A program made the translations under genes and the position numbers. From NCBI GenBank assembly GCA_963664705.1, contig OY761556.1:2080001-2144000 (forward strand): 64,000 nucleotides of DNA, given 5' to 3'. The notes under the pieces were generated by a model. The model did no database searches and was not told where the DNA came from. It saw only the letters and a list, made by a program, of their open reading frames with translations. The DNA comes from Acidobacteriota bacterium. GTDB lineage: Bacteria > Acidobacteriota > UBA6911. Below, piece after piece: positions 1 through 9,755 of the stretch. Positions within the stretch are counted from its first letter, which is position 1; each line of letters begins with the position of its first letter.

Positions 1-1317
1 TTCGTTTGACTGCACCGTCTGTTCCGGCTTCGGGGCCGCAGGTTTCCAGCTATTGCTTTTGACTGAATCGAGATATTCGATCAGTTCCGGAATGGACACT
101 TCCCATTGTCGCGATTCACGAAGACTCTTGATGGCATACCGATCTTGTGCAAGTTCATTGTCGCCAATGATCAGCACGTGTTCCGAATTCAGCTTATTGG
201 CCTGGCGCATCTGGCTTTTCAGACTTCCCTGCCCAAATTCCACATAGCAGGAATGGCCGCGATGCCTCAACGTGCGGGCAATCTCCAGCGCCTTTCTGAA
301 CGCCGGTTCTCCCATAAAGGCCAGATATAATTCGGGTTTGAACTGCGCTTCCGCACTCTGCTCCTGCGGCATCACCATGACCAGACGATCCAATCCCATG
401 GCAAAACCGATGCCTTTGGCCGGAGGGCCGCCCAGCACTTCGGAAAGCCCATCGTATCGCCCCCCGCCAACCAGTGCATTCTGCGCGCCGAGGTCTCCGC
501 TCACGATTTCAAATGCCGTCTTGACGTAGTAATCCAGCCCACGCACAAGTCTGGGAACGATCTGGAATAGAATCCCCGCCGCGTCCAGGTATCCGCGAAC
601 GCTCTCGAAATGGCTGCGGCATTCCTCACACAGGTGATCCGTTATGACGGGAAGCTTCTGAATATATGGCTGACAGCTTTCCACCTTGCAATCCAGAACA
701 CGAAGGCTGTTGGTCGTGGCGCGCCTGCGGCAATCTTCACAAAAATGAGGCAGATCTTCCTGCAGCGCACGGCGGAGCATCTCAATATATGCCGGTCTGC
801 AGTTGCCGCAGCCGACCGAATTCAGGAGCAGCCGTCCCTTAACCCCGATGGAATCCAGGAACCACAAAGCCATTTCAATCAGCTCGGCATCGACGGCCGG
901 ATGATCTGATCCGAGCGATTCTGCACCAATCTGGTAGAACTGGCGCCACCGGCCCTTCTGCTTTTTCTCGTGTCGAAACATAGGCCCGATGTAATACATC
1001 TTGGTAAGCCCGCCGCCGCGATACATTGTATGCTGGATGTAGGCACGAACCACGGAAGCCGTCGCCTCCGGGCGAAGCGTTACGGAACGTTCGCTCTGGT
1101 CCACAAATGTATACATTTCCTTGCCTACGATATCCGTATCCCCACCGATCCCCCGGGCAAACAGCTCGGTGGGCTCAATGATCGGAGTACGTATTTCAAG
1201 ATATCCGTACTTTTGGAAAATATTTCGCGCGCGTTCTTCCGCCACATGCCAGCAGGCAATCTCCTCCGGCAGAAGGTCTCTGGTTCCAGGAAGGTTGCTT
1301 AAAACGAGTTCATCCAT
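1..1317 (-). CDS. hisS: Histidine--tRNA ligase (3' end runs off window)
   Basis: Not in the ORF track; read manually on the minus strand from ATG 1317 (MDELVLSNLPGTRDLLPEE...). Contains LRPEATASVVRAY, FRHEKKQKGRWRQFYQIGAE, LVRGLDYYVKTAFE and GGGRYDGL HisRS motifs. Confidence 0.96.
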   Translation of the reverse strand, partial: MDELVLSNLPGTRDLLPEEIACWHVAEERARNIFQKYGYLEIRTPIIEPTELFARGIGGDTDIVGKEMYTFVDQSERSVTLRPEATASVVRAYIQHTMYRGGGLTKMYYIGPMFRHEKKQKGRWRQFYQIGAESLGSDHPAVDAELIEMALWFLDSIGVKGRLLLNSVGCGNCRPAYIEMLRRALQEDLPHFCEDCRRRATTNSLRVLDCKVESCQPYIQKLPVITDHLCEECRSHFESVRGYLDAAGILFQIVPRLVRGLDYYVKTAFEIVSGDLGAQNALVGGGRYDGLSEVLGGPPAKGIGFAMGLDRLVMVMPQEQSAEAQFKPELYLAFMGEPAFRKALEIARTLRHRGHSCYVEFGQGSLKSQMRQANKLNSEHVLIIGDNELAQDRYAIKSLRESRQWEVSIPELIEYLDSVKSNSWKPAAPKPEQTVQSNE

Positions 1318-1584
1318 CGTATGTCCTTCGGATAAATAAGGTAAGCAGCTATGGTAGCAAATTCCCGCCGCTCTGGTAATGGTTTTCCGACAAGGCAGGC
1401 CCCCTGTGGCTGGAAGCTATTGGATCTGGATATTTTTCGACTTCCGTTATCAGTATCTTCATAACGTCTGCACCTTTAACTGTTTATGTATCCAGAAATG
1501 CTCGCCTCTGTGCAACTTCCTCCGCGGGAAACTATCAGAATAGTCAGGGAGCCCAGGATGGGTACGAGAAACAGGAGGGTGCCG

Positions 1585-2568
1585 ATGTTGAAAGAGCAGG
1601 AGTTGAGAGAACAACTCAGGAAAGAGATCATTGGACAGGACAAGGCGATTGATGCCATGGTCCGCGCTGTGATGGTTGCCAATCTTGGAATCTGCGATCC
1701 GCAGCGACCATTGGGTACATTTCTGTTCCTTGGGCCGACCGGGACAGGCAAGAGTCAGATCGGCCGATCACTGGCCCAGATTCTGCATGGAAACGACTCG
1801 GGGCTTCTTGTCATCAACTGCACGGAATTCAAGAATCCGCACGATGTTTCCAAGCTCACAGGAGCGCCTCCGGGATATATCGGCCACGACCATCCGCCTT
1901 TTCTTACCCCTGAGCGCTTGGAAAAAAAGCAGACCATCGTCATTTTCGAAGAATTGGAGAAGGCCGATCGTGCGCTCAATGACCTCCTTCTGCAAATTCT
2001 TGAAAGAGGTGAATTGAAGACCGGACTCGGCGTGGATCTCAGCTTCAGGAATTGCTTCATTATTCTGACCAGCAATGTCTGTGCGAAGGAAGTGGATCAG
2101 ATAACCACCAACTCCTACATTGGCTTCAATCCGGTCTATCCCAAGCTTGAAGGTATGGACCAGGATGTCGCCAATGACAAAATCCGTTCCGTCTGCATTG
2201 GCGCCGTCGAGGACTTTTTCAGTCCCGAATTTATCAATCGCATCGATGAAATAGTGACGTTTAATCGCCTGAAAGACGATCACCTGATGCTGATCCTTGA
2301 GAAGTTTCTCGCCGACACCAGAGCGCGCCTGGCAACTGCGGGGATTGCCGCCATCGTTTCAGAGGCTTCCAAGCGCTTTCTTATCCGAAAAGGAACCAAT
2401 CTTCGCTATGGAGCCCGGCCCTTGCGCCGAGCGGTACGGGAATACCTGGAATACCCGCTGGCTGCACTGATTGCTGAAGAGGGAGCGACTCGCAACCAGA
2501 TTGTGCATGTGGAGGCTGAGGAGGAGTGCCTGTCCTTCCACTTTGCCAGAATGGCGGCAGCGTCTTAG
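1585..2568 (+). CDS. Stand-alone ClpA/ClpB-type AAA+ ATPase (NBD2 plus small domain only)
   Basis: IIGQDKAI, RPLGTFLFLGPTGTGKS (Walker A), GAPPGYIG pore loop, FSPEFINRIDEIV, YGARPLRR. AGGAGG SD precedes ATG 1585 (ORF track starts at 1486). Confidence 0.88.
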   Translation: MLKEQELREQLRKEIIGQDKAIDAMVRAVMVANLGICDPQRPLGTFLFLGPTGTGKSQIGRSLAQILHGNDSGLLVINCTEFKNPHDVSKLTGAPPGYIGHDHPPFLTPERLEKKQTIVIFEELEKADRALNDLLLQILERGELKTGLGVDLSFRNCFIILTSNVCAKEVDQITTNSYIGFNPVYPKLEGMDQDVANDKIRSVCIGAVEDFFSPEFINRIDEIVTFNRLKDDHLMLILEKFLADTRARLATAGIAAIVSEASKRFLIRKGTNLRYGARPLRRAVREYLEYPLAALIAEEGATRNQIVHVEAEEECLSFHFARMAAAS

Positions 2569-2718
2569 AAGACTTCCAGCGAAATTCCAGATTCCGGATT
2601 CCTATTCCAGACTGAGCGTTTCGCCGGCACAGGCGTAGCCTCCACGATGCGGATGACGCATACACCTTGTCTAAGCCCTGCAAGGCCAGTGAAGCGACAG
2701 GCCCGGAGGGCTGCTGAA

Positions 2719-4131
2719 TTATTGGCTTTCCCTGAAAACGCTTCGCTTGGACACTTCCTGAATCAGGGTCTCGAGGTAGCTGACGAACTTTCGCATTCTC
2801 GTGCGGATTTCGGCAAGGTTGATGGAAACAACGATTGCATCTGAAAAGCTTTCAAATTCCGCCCAGTCCCGATACATCAGCGAGTGGAGCGATGAATCCT
2901 TGAAAGCCCCGATGCGTTCCACGATGCGCGTCGCATCCAGTTCCTCTTTATCCGCAAGCAAATCCATCAGCCAGCGTCGCAAATCCCAAAGATCCTGACG
3001 GAGCTTTTCGGCGGCGACCAGTTGACCGGCACGAGCCGGGAATAGAGTGGATCCGTCAAAGTTCTTATCCAGGGATTGAATCAGACTCACGATGCAACTT
3101 TGACAGCAATTGCGAAGCAGTCCATGGCTGTTTTCCATCCGGCTGTAAACAACCCTGGGGTCCATTTCGCGAGCAATGCCGACCAGTTCCCGGGATTGCA
3201 CCCGCTGGGATTCCATCTTCATCGAATAGGTAACAAGTTCAGCTGCATTTTGAAGCGCGGGAGCGACGTCGTTATTGCGCAAAATGCGGGCTTTCATAAA
3301 ATCGGCCAGGCTTCCCATTTCCTCATGAATGAGGGCAAAGATCACAAGGTGCTGCTTCAGCGGCCTGTCCTTGGTCAAATCAGCCATGACAATTCGCAGG
3401 TATTTCAGGAAACGGAAGAGATAGAGAAAAACCAGCGCGACATTTCTTCTGACCGTCTCATGCGGGATGCGCCGAAGCGTGGCAATCAGCGCCTTGTTTT
3501 CGATAAGATCGTACTGCAATTTGAATCGCTGACTAATCAGCATGTCGACATAGCGGCAGTTCTTCAGCTCGCGGCTGAAGTTTCGGCCCAGGGAAATGAA
3601 CAGCTGGAAATCCCGACCGGGCTGAAGATTCAGTGAATCGATGGTGATACGCAGATCGTTGAGAGCCTGCAACAATTGCGACAGGCTGTCGGCCGGTGTT
3701 AACTGTTCTGCGATGCGGCTGATATTCGAATCCAGGATTCTGTCCCGTCGCATCTGGTCTTCGATGAAATCCTCAAACTCGAACTTATCGTCCTGCCCCG
3801 CCCGAATGATGTCACAGGTGAACGCCTCACACCGTTGAACGGACTCGCGCACAATTCCGATCTCCGGCGCAAAGCTGCGCATTGCCAGCCCTGTTCTTTC
3901 CGACTCCCCGAGCGGCAGATGATCCAGGTCGAAGTATGCTTGGATCGCTTTCAGGCATGTTTCCATTCCAAAGAGGCTTTCAATTGCCCCCCTTTCCTGG
4001 ATCTGCTTGATCCACCTTGTGAGATTTTCCGTTCCTGCAATTATCTCGGAGTGCAGCGCATCGACAAAGGAGTTCTGAATGCGAAGACCTTTTCCCGGCT
4101 CCAGAGGCATACCCATCTCCCGATCAATCAA
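2719..4131 (-). CDS. Hypothetical protein, 470 aa, helical-looking
   Basis: Long ORF overlapping the stop of the upstream gene; no motif recognised. Confidence 0.8.
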   Translation of the reverse strand: MIDREMGMPLEPGKGLRIQNSFVDALHSEIIAGTENLTRWIKQIQERGAIESLFGMETCLKAIQAYFDLDHLPLGESERTGLAMRSFAPEIGIVRESVQRCEAFTCDIIRAGQDDKFEFEDFIEDQMRRDRILDSNISRIAEQLTPADSLSQLLQALNDLRITIDSLNLQPGRDFQLFISLGRNFSRELKNCRYVDMLISQRFKLQYDLIENKALIATLRRIPHETVRRNVALVFLYLFRFLKYLRIVMADLTKDRPLKQHLVIFALIHEEMGSLADFMKARILRNNDVAPALQNAAELVTYSMKMESQRVQSRELVGIAREMDPRVVYSRMENSHGLLRNCCQSCIVSLIQSLDKNFDGSTLFPARAGQLVAAEKLRQDLWDLRRWLMDLLADKEELDATRIVERIGAFKDSSLHSLMYRDWAEFESFSDAIVVSINLAEIRTRMRKFVSYLETLIQEVSKRSVFRESQ

Positions 4132-4490
4132 AGCGCCGATGACGAAAGCCTCCGAAATTCCTCGGTGCTTTTTCGCATTGCCAGCCAGTCTTCAAAGATA
4201 GCGGGGGTCTCCAGCCAGATGCGGAACCACTCGGCAATCTCCTGTTTCTGCAGGCGCTTCTGCAATGAAACCTTTCGGTTGCGGCCGATAAGCTCCGCCC
4301 GGTATCGCCCCAAACTGGCAATTCGGCGACAATACTCCACTCCTTTCTTATCGCTCGTTTCGCGATATTTTCGGCATAAATTTTCAAGCGTAAGTAGGGT
4401 CGACTCCGCCTCCTCCAGGGTAGCAAAAGCCAAAACACCCGTAAGTGCTTCGCTATAGGGAGGTTCTATGTTCAGCTCTTTGTGCGCCAT
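4128..4490 (-). CDS. Hypothetical protein, 120 aa
   Basis: ORF tightly packed between the neighbouring minus-strand genes (11-nt gap, 4-nt overlap). Confidence 0.75.
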   Translation of the reverse strand: MAHKELNIEPPYSEALTGVLAFATLEEAESTLLTLENLCRKYRETSDKKGVEYCRRIASLGRYRAELIGRNRKVSLQKRLQKQEIAEWFRIWLETPAIFEDWLAMRKSTEEFRRLSSSAL

Positions 4491-4501
4491 GAAGTTGCAG
4501 A

Positions 4502-5155
4502 CTAGCGCGGGCCGGCGGAAATCGCAGTCTCCAGCCCAATCTCAAAAAAGATCATCCTGGACCCATTATCCCGCCGGTACACATTGGGAATATAGACCAC
4601 GGAATCTTTGAGATATGAAGTAAGGTCGTCAGAATTTATATGCAGGTACAGAAAGCCGCTCCCCTTGCTGTGCGGCTCCACAATCTTTTCCATGAGAAAC
4701 TTGGAGTCGAAATCATCCAAAGCATCCTGATTCAGATCAGATCTTGGAATTCTCGGCAGCACGGTTTTCGGAAACCATGATTTATCCTTCCGAAACAGGC
4801 GGTATACAACCTCATTCGGAGATAACGTCTTGGTATGATCTGAGCCGTGAATCAGCTCAATGGAGAGACCGTCGACCTCAATTGGAAAGTTGTTGTCATT
4901 GAAAATGATAACGGCCAACGGCATAATTCCGCGTGTTATCATATCGGGCTTGTCAAAGACACGTGCGGCCAGGGCGTCATTGAAAAGAGGCTCTGCCGCG
5001 ATAGTGACCCCTTCGCTCGTCAGGGTTGCAGGGTAAGTGGAGCGTTCACGAACAATCCATGGGCGGCTCTTATACCCACCCGCCCAGCCAGGCAGCGCAA
5101 CCCATGAAAACGCAATTACGAGCAGGAAGATCGAGAACAGCCTGATTTGTTTCAT
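4502..5155 (-). CDS. Secreted hypothetical protein (paralog of 59130..59756)
   Basis: Signal peptide MKQIRLFSIFLLVIAFSWVALPGWA; shares GVxIAAxP, RGxxPxxVIIxN and GFL motifs with 59130..59756. Confidence 0.8.
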   Translation of the reverse strand: MKQIRLFSIFLLVIAFSWVALPGWAGGYKSRPWIVRERSTYPATLTSEGVTIAAEPLFNDALAARVFDKPDMITRGIMPLAVIIFNDNNFPIEVDGLSIELIHGSDHTKTLSPNEVVYRLFRKDKSWFPKTVLPRIPRSDLNQDALDDFDSKFLMEKIVEPHSKGSGFLYLHINSDDLTSYLKDSVVYIPNVYRRDNGSRMIFFEIGLETAISAGPR

Positions 5156-5212
5156 ATTGGTATGGTAACAGATAAGTCGCTTTGATGGTTAACTATACCA
5201 TCGCTTGGGAGC

Positions 5213-6187
5213 TTGGCGGAATTGGATTCCTATCTTGTCTACATGCTCGCGGTTTGCGTCATTGCGCTATTTCGGCTTCTGCCGCGAAAGATTGGTTCGT
5301 GGATCATTCATTTTCTGGGCACCTGCGCCTACTACATCGATGCCCGGCACAGGCATATCGCCCATGTGAATCTCAGGATTGCCTTTCCCGAATTGAGCGC
5401 GAACGAAAGAGCAAGGATCGCGCGCAAAAGCTTCGGGAATACCGGGATGAATCTTCTGGAAATCAGCAAACTCTCAATCCTGACACCCGAAAATATAGGA
5501 TCCCTGGCTGATTATGATTCCGTGCATGGCATCGAAAACTACAAAGCGGCGCTGGCCAAAGGGAAAGGCATCCTTTATCTCACAGGGCATTTCAGCTCCT
5601 GGGAATTGCTTCCATCCGCCCATGCACTGCATGGCTATCCGTTAAGCTTTATCACGCGCCCGCTGGATAATGCTCCGCTTGAAAGATACCTGCTGAAAGT
5701 GCGCGAATCGAAGGGAAACCGTGTAATCAACAAGAAGAATTCAGCACGCGCCATCCTGAAAAGCCTGTCTTCCGCGGGTACCGCCGGGATACTAATGGAT
5801 CAGAATACCAGCCTGCAGGAGGGCATTTTTGTAGATTTTTTTGGCATTCCTGCCGCGACCACTACAAGTGTTGCCTTGTTTGCGCTTCGCACCGAGGCCC
5901 CTGTTCTGCCAGGCTATCTTACTCTGATGCAAAATGGCCGCTATCGCATCAAATTCCTGAGCCCGGTTGAAATGGTTCGGACGGGAGACACAAGCCGCGA
6001 CCTGGAGGTCAACACCCGCCGATTCAATGAAATTTTCGAAAGCATTATCCGTGAACAGCCGGAATCATGGCTCTGGGGACATCGGCGCTGGAAATATCAG
6101 CCTTCGGGAAATCCCCCGGATCTCTATGCTCTTTCCGATGAGGAATTATCCAGCTTCCTGCAAAAAGCCCGCGTCGGTAAAAACTGA
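5213..6187 (+). CDS. lpxL: Lipid A late acyltransferase (LpxL/HtrB family)
   Basis: TGHFSSWEL, ILMDQN, FFGIPAATT and PESWLWGHRRWK motifs. Confidence 0.88.
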   Translation: MAELDSYLVYMLAVCVIALFRLLPRKIGSWIIHFLGTCAYYIDARHRHIAHVNLRIAFPELSANERARIARKSFGNTGMNLLEISKLSILTPENIGSLADYDSVHGIENYKAALAKGKGILYLTGHFSSWELLPSAHALHGYPLSFITRPLDNAPLERYLLKVRESKGNRVINKKNSARAILKSLSSAGTAGILMDQNTSLQEGIFVDFFGIPAATTTSVALFALRTEAPVLPGYLTLMQNGRYRIKFLSPVEMVRTGDTSRDLEVNTRRFNEIFESIIREQPESWLWGHRRWKYQPSGNPPDLYALSDEELSSFLQKARVGKN

Positions 6188-6196
6188 CGACCGGCA

Positions 6197-7684
6197 TCAA
6201 CGCGATGGAGAATTCATAAGGCGGGTAAAGGAGTCTTTGTAGCGGATACTGTCCAGAACGGAATGAACCTTCTTCAATTCCTCTTTCAGGATAGGACGGT
6301 ATTTCTCCGGCTCCATTTCAATTGCTTTCCCGAAGGCAGCAATGGATGGATCCGGCTGTTGAGCTTTGGCATATAGAATCCCAAGCCTGAAATAGTCGAG
6401 GGATTGGCCTTTCCCAAGTGCAATCACTTTTTCGTGCGCCTGGATTGCATCCTTATCCAATTCGAGTTTTTCCGCTACAAGTGCCAGATTGCCCCAGGCA
6501 GCGGCATATCCCGGGTCCAACTGGACCGCAATTCTCAGCTCGGCGATTGCTTCGTCCATCCGCTTCTGTTCCGCATACAGCGTCCCCAGGTTGTAGTGCA
6601 CTTCCTTTTGTTTTGGACTTATCTCGAGAGCCCGCTTATAGGCAGCGATAGCATCATCGGGACGATTCAGTTCCCCATACAGATCGCCCAACAGGAAATA
6701 GGCATTGGCATTCCCCGCATCAAGTCGAGTGGCCGATTCCAAAGCCTTTGCCGCTTCCTCCGCCCGATTCGAATTCGCCAGGCTGAATCCAAGCTTGGTA
6801 TAAACGGCGGCTTGCTCCGTTGTCTTTTCCAAAGCAGCCCGGTAGGCCGTGATCGCTTTTGCATGCTGCTGCAGATAGGAATAGGCATCGCCCAGTCTCT
6901 CGAGCAGATCGGGGTTCCCCCCTTTCACAGCATTTGCCGCCTCGAGTTTGGCAGCCGCCTCGGGATAGTTTTTCTGACGAAGAAAGATCAAGCCGAGATT
7001 AAACAGTGCGGTGAAGTTGTTCGGCTCCGTGATCAGCGCATCCTTATAGTGGCTGATCGCGGGATCCACCTGATTATTGCGTTGATATAACTGGGCAAGT
7101 TCAATGCGCGACTGAACGTCGGCCGGTTCCTTCTCGAGGACCAGCTGAAGATTTTTCATGGCCGCATCGTCTTCTTTATTGTTGAACTGGAGATACGCCA
7201 GGGCTCTCAGCATTTTAATATCGCCCGGCTTCCTTTTCAGTCCCTCTTCCAGCGCAATTACCGCTTGTGGCGTGTTACCAAGTTCCTGATGTGCGGCGGC
7301 CAGCATGAAAAAGATTCCGCCATCAAACTTGGGCTCCAGCTTCAGAACCATTTCAAATTCGACGATCGCATCCTTCATCTGCTTTCGGCTGGCGTGGATC
7401 AGACCGAGATTATAATGCGCTTCCATAAAATCCGGCTTGATCTCAATGGCCTTTTGAAAATATCCCATCTGCTCGTCGCTGTTTTCCTTCGGCGTGCCGA
7501 TCAGGTCCTCTCCCTTTTTGAACCAGACCATTGCATCCCGATAGATCCTGGCATCATCCATCGTTACTACTTTCTTTTCCGGCGGTTTTTGAGTCTTCCG
7601 CGATTGGGCGGTCGCTGAAATCGCCCCGCAAAGAAAGATGCAGGAAATCAAGAGTGCTCGATATTTCGGAGATTGGATGAACAT
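6197..7684 (-). CDS. Secreted multi-TPR protein
   Basis: Signal peptide followed by many TPR units (AHYNLG, ALFNLG, AYFLLG, VHYNLG). Start chosen at ATG 7684, just after a TACAAT box. Confidence 0.88.
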   Translation of the reverse strand: MFIQSPKYRALLISCIFLCGAISATAQSRKTQKPPEKKVVTMDDARIYRDAMVWFKKGEDLIGTPKENSDEQMGYFQKAIEIKPDFMEAHYNLGLIHASRKQMKDAIVEFEMVLKLEPKFDGGIFFMLAAAHQELGNTPQAVIALEEGLKRKPGDIKMLRALAYLQFNNKEDDAAMKNLQLVLEKEPADVQSRIELAQLYQRNNQVDPAISHYKDALITEPNNFTALFNLGLIFLRQKNYPEAAAKLEAANAVKGGNPDLLERLGDAYSYLQQHAKAITAYRAALEKTTEQAAVYTKLGFSLANSNRAEEAAKALESATRLDAGNANAYFLLGDLYGELNRPDDAIAAYKRALEISPKQKEVHYNLGTLYAEQKRMDEAIAELRIAVQLDPGYAAAWGNLALVAEKLELDKDAIQAHEKVIALGKGQSLDYFRLGILYAKAQQPDPSIAAFGKAIEMEPEKYRPILKEELKKVHSVLDSIRYKDSFTRLMNSPSR

Positions 7685-7775
7685 AGGGGAAATTGTAATC
7701 CATGCCTTGTGGAACCGCAAAGATACCGTGCAGGCAGAGTTTTTTCAGCAGAGTATCCTCGCGGTCCCGTCAAGT

Positions 7776-8720
7776 CTATAGTTCCGGCAGCGGCTCCGTG
7801 GACTTTGCGGCCAGATCCTCAAAGTAAGAGAGCTGCCTGAACTCGCGGTAGCGCTGTTCAATCTCAGGAAACGTGAGATTCCCCAGATTGTAGGGGCCAA
7901 AATCCATAATATTGAAAGATGCCATGACGGTTCCAAAAACAACCGCCTTTCGCAAGGCCGCATCGTCATGAGTGCCGCAGGCTGCAAGGTAACCCATCAG
8001 CCCGCCGGCAAACGAATCCCCTGCCCCCGTCGGATCCGTCACTTCCTCCATCGGGAAAGCGGGAATACTGAAGATGGACTTGCCGCAAAACATCAGCACA
8101 CCATGCTCGCCCCTCTTCATCACGAGAATCTTGGGTCCCATTGTCAGTACACGCTTTGCCGCCCGGATCAGATTGGATTCTTCCGCAAGCTGACGCGTTT
8201 CCTCATCGTTGATCACCAGGAGATCGATCATTGAGAGGGTGTTCAAAAGCGATTTGCGCTTGCTCTCTATCCAGTAATTCATCGTATCGCAACCGACGAG
8301 CTTGGGGCGCTTTGTCATCTGCTCCAGCACGGATCGCTGCAGATCAGGATCGATATTGCCCAGGAACAGGTATTCCTGCGCCCGATGCGCGCTCATCAAT
8401 TTCGGAGTGAAATCAGCAAAGACATTGAGCTGCGTATCCAGGGTTGTACGGGAATTGAGATCGATTCCATACTCCCCCTTCCATCGAAACGTTCGCCCGA
8501 CCTTTCGCTCCATCCCGGAAATATCGATCCCTTTCTTTTGCAGAAAAGAAACATGCGTCTCCGGAAAATCTTCGCCGACCACAGCCACAATGCCGACTTC
8601 CGTGAAATAGCTTGCCGCGATGCTGAAATACGTTGCGGCGCCCCCCAGGACCTCGTCTCTGCTTCCCGTGGGAGTCTTGACGGAATCGAACGCAACCGAA
8701 CCGACAACCAGAATGCCCAT
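7776..8720 (-). CDS. PfkB/ribokinase-family carbohydrate or nucleoside kinase
   Basis: VVGSVAFD, LGGAATY, DPTGAGDSFAGG. Confidence 0.92.
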   Translation of the reverse strand: MGILVVGSVAFDSVKTPTGSRDEVLGGAATYFSIAASYFTEVGIVAVVGEDFPETHVSFLQKKGIDISGMERKVGRTFRWKGEYGIDLNSRTTLDTQLNVFADFTPKLMSAHRAQEYLFLGNIDPDLQRSVLEQMTKRPKLVGCDTMNYWIESKRKSLLNTLSMIDLLVINDEETRQLAEESNLIRAAKRVLTMGPKILVMKRGEHGVLMFCGKSIFSIPAFPMEEVTDPTGAGDSFAGGLMGYLAACGTHDDAALRKAVVFGTVMASFNIMDFGPYNLGNLTFPEIEQRYREFRQLSYFEDLAAKSTEPLPEL

Positions 8721-8760
8721 CCTTATCTCCTACCGCGCCTTCTTTCGCGCACTACAAAGC

Positions 8761-9621
8761 CTATAGATACTTACCCACGATGCAATTCAGCCGGCTTTTT
8801 GTTTCTTCCGGAATCCGCGTCTTATCCGTGATCAACGCATATTTCAGCGCTTCGCCGCACTGGCATTTTCTCGATTGATTCATATCCTTGACAGTCTGCA
8901 GAATAATCGCCTGGGCGGCCTGAACGTTTTTCTGAAGATTGGAAACAATCATGTCCACACTGACCGTTTCGTGGGATTCATGCCAGCAGTCGTAATCCGT
9001 TACAAGCGCGATGGTGACATAACAGATTTCGGCCTCCCGAGCCAGCTTGGCCTCCTGCAGGTTTGTCATTCCGATGACATCCATTCCCCAGCTGCGGTAC
9101 AGATTGGACTCTGCCTTTGTCGAAAATGCGGGCCCTTCCATGCAAACGTACGTTCCTCCCTTTTTTGAAGGGATCCCGGCTTTGTGTGCCGCGGTATTGA
9201 CCTGTTCCAGGAGATCCGGGCATACGGGATCGCCAAACGCAATGTGCGCAACAAGGCCATTGCCGAAAAAGGTCGAGATCCGGCCACGTGTTCGATCGAG
9301 GAACTGATCCGGCAGGACAATATCCAGAGGGGCCAACTCTTTCTTCAGCGAGCCCACCGCGCTAACTGAGAGAATTCTCTCCACGCCCAGGGCTTTCATT
9401 GCATAGATGTTTGCGCGGAAGTTCAATTCGGATGGCATAAACCGGTGTCCCCGTCCGTGCCTGGCAAGGAAGGCAACCTTCTGTCCAGAAAGCGTGCCGA
9501 TAATGAACCGGTCGCTGGGAGCACCGAAGGGAGTATCCACATCCATTTCGCTGCGTTCCGTCAACCCCGGCATGTCATATAATCCGCTACCACCGATGAT
9601 ACCGATCTTGATCTTTTCCAT
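8761..9621 (-). CDS. mtnP: S-methyl-5'-thioadenosine phosphorylase
   Basis: [52 protein letters not shown]; start MEKIKIG. Confidence 0.93.
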   Translation of the reverse strand: MEKIKIGIIGGSGLYDMPGLTERSEMDVDTPFGAPSDRFIIGTLSGQKVAFLARHGRGHRFMPSELNFRANIYAMKALGVERILSVSAVGSLKKELAPLDIVLPDQFLDRTRGRISTFFGNGLVAHIAFGDPVCPDLLEQVNTAAHKAGIPSKKGGTYVCMEGPAFSTKAESNLYRSWGMDVIGMTNLQEAKLAREAEICYVTIALVTDYDCWHESHETVSVDMIVSNLQKNVQAAQAIILQTVKDMNQSRKCQCGEALKYALITDKTRIPEETKSRLNCIVGKYL

Positions 9622-9755
9622 GGTTCTTATCTCGAATTTGGCTATTTCACTTTTATTGAACGACTGTCGACTTATGATTTTCCCGCGCATCTTAGCAGTA
9701 CAGATCGAATTTGGAAAGAAAACCATCTCGATGAAGCACGACTCTCTGCCGGGTC

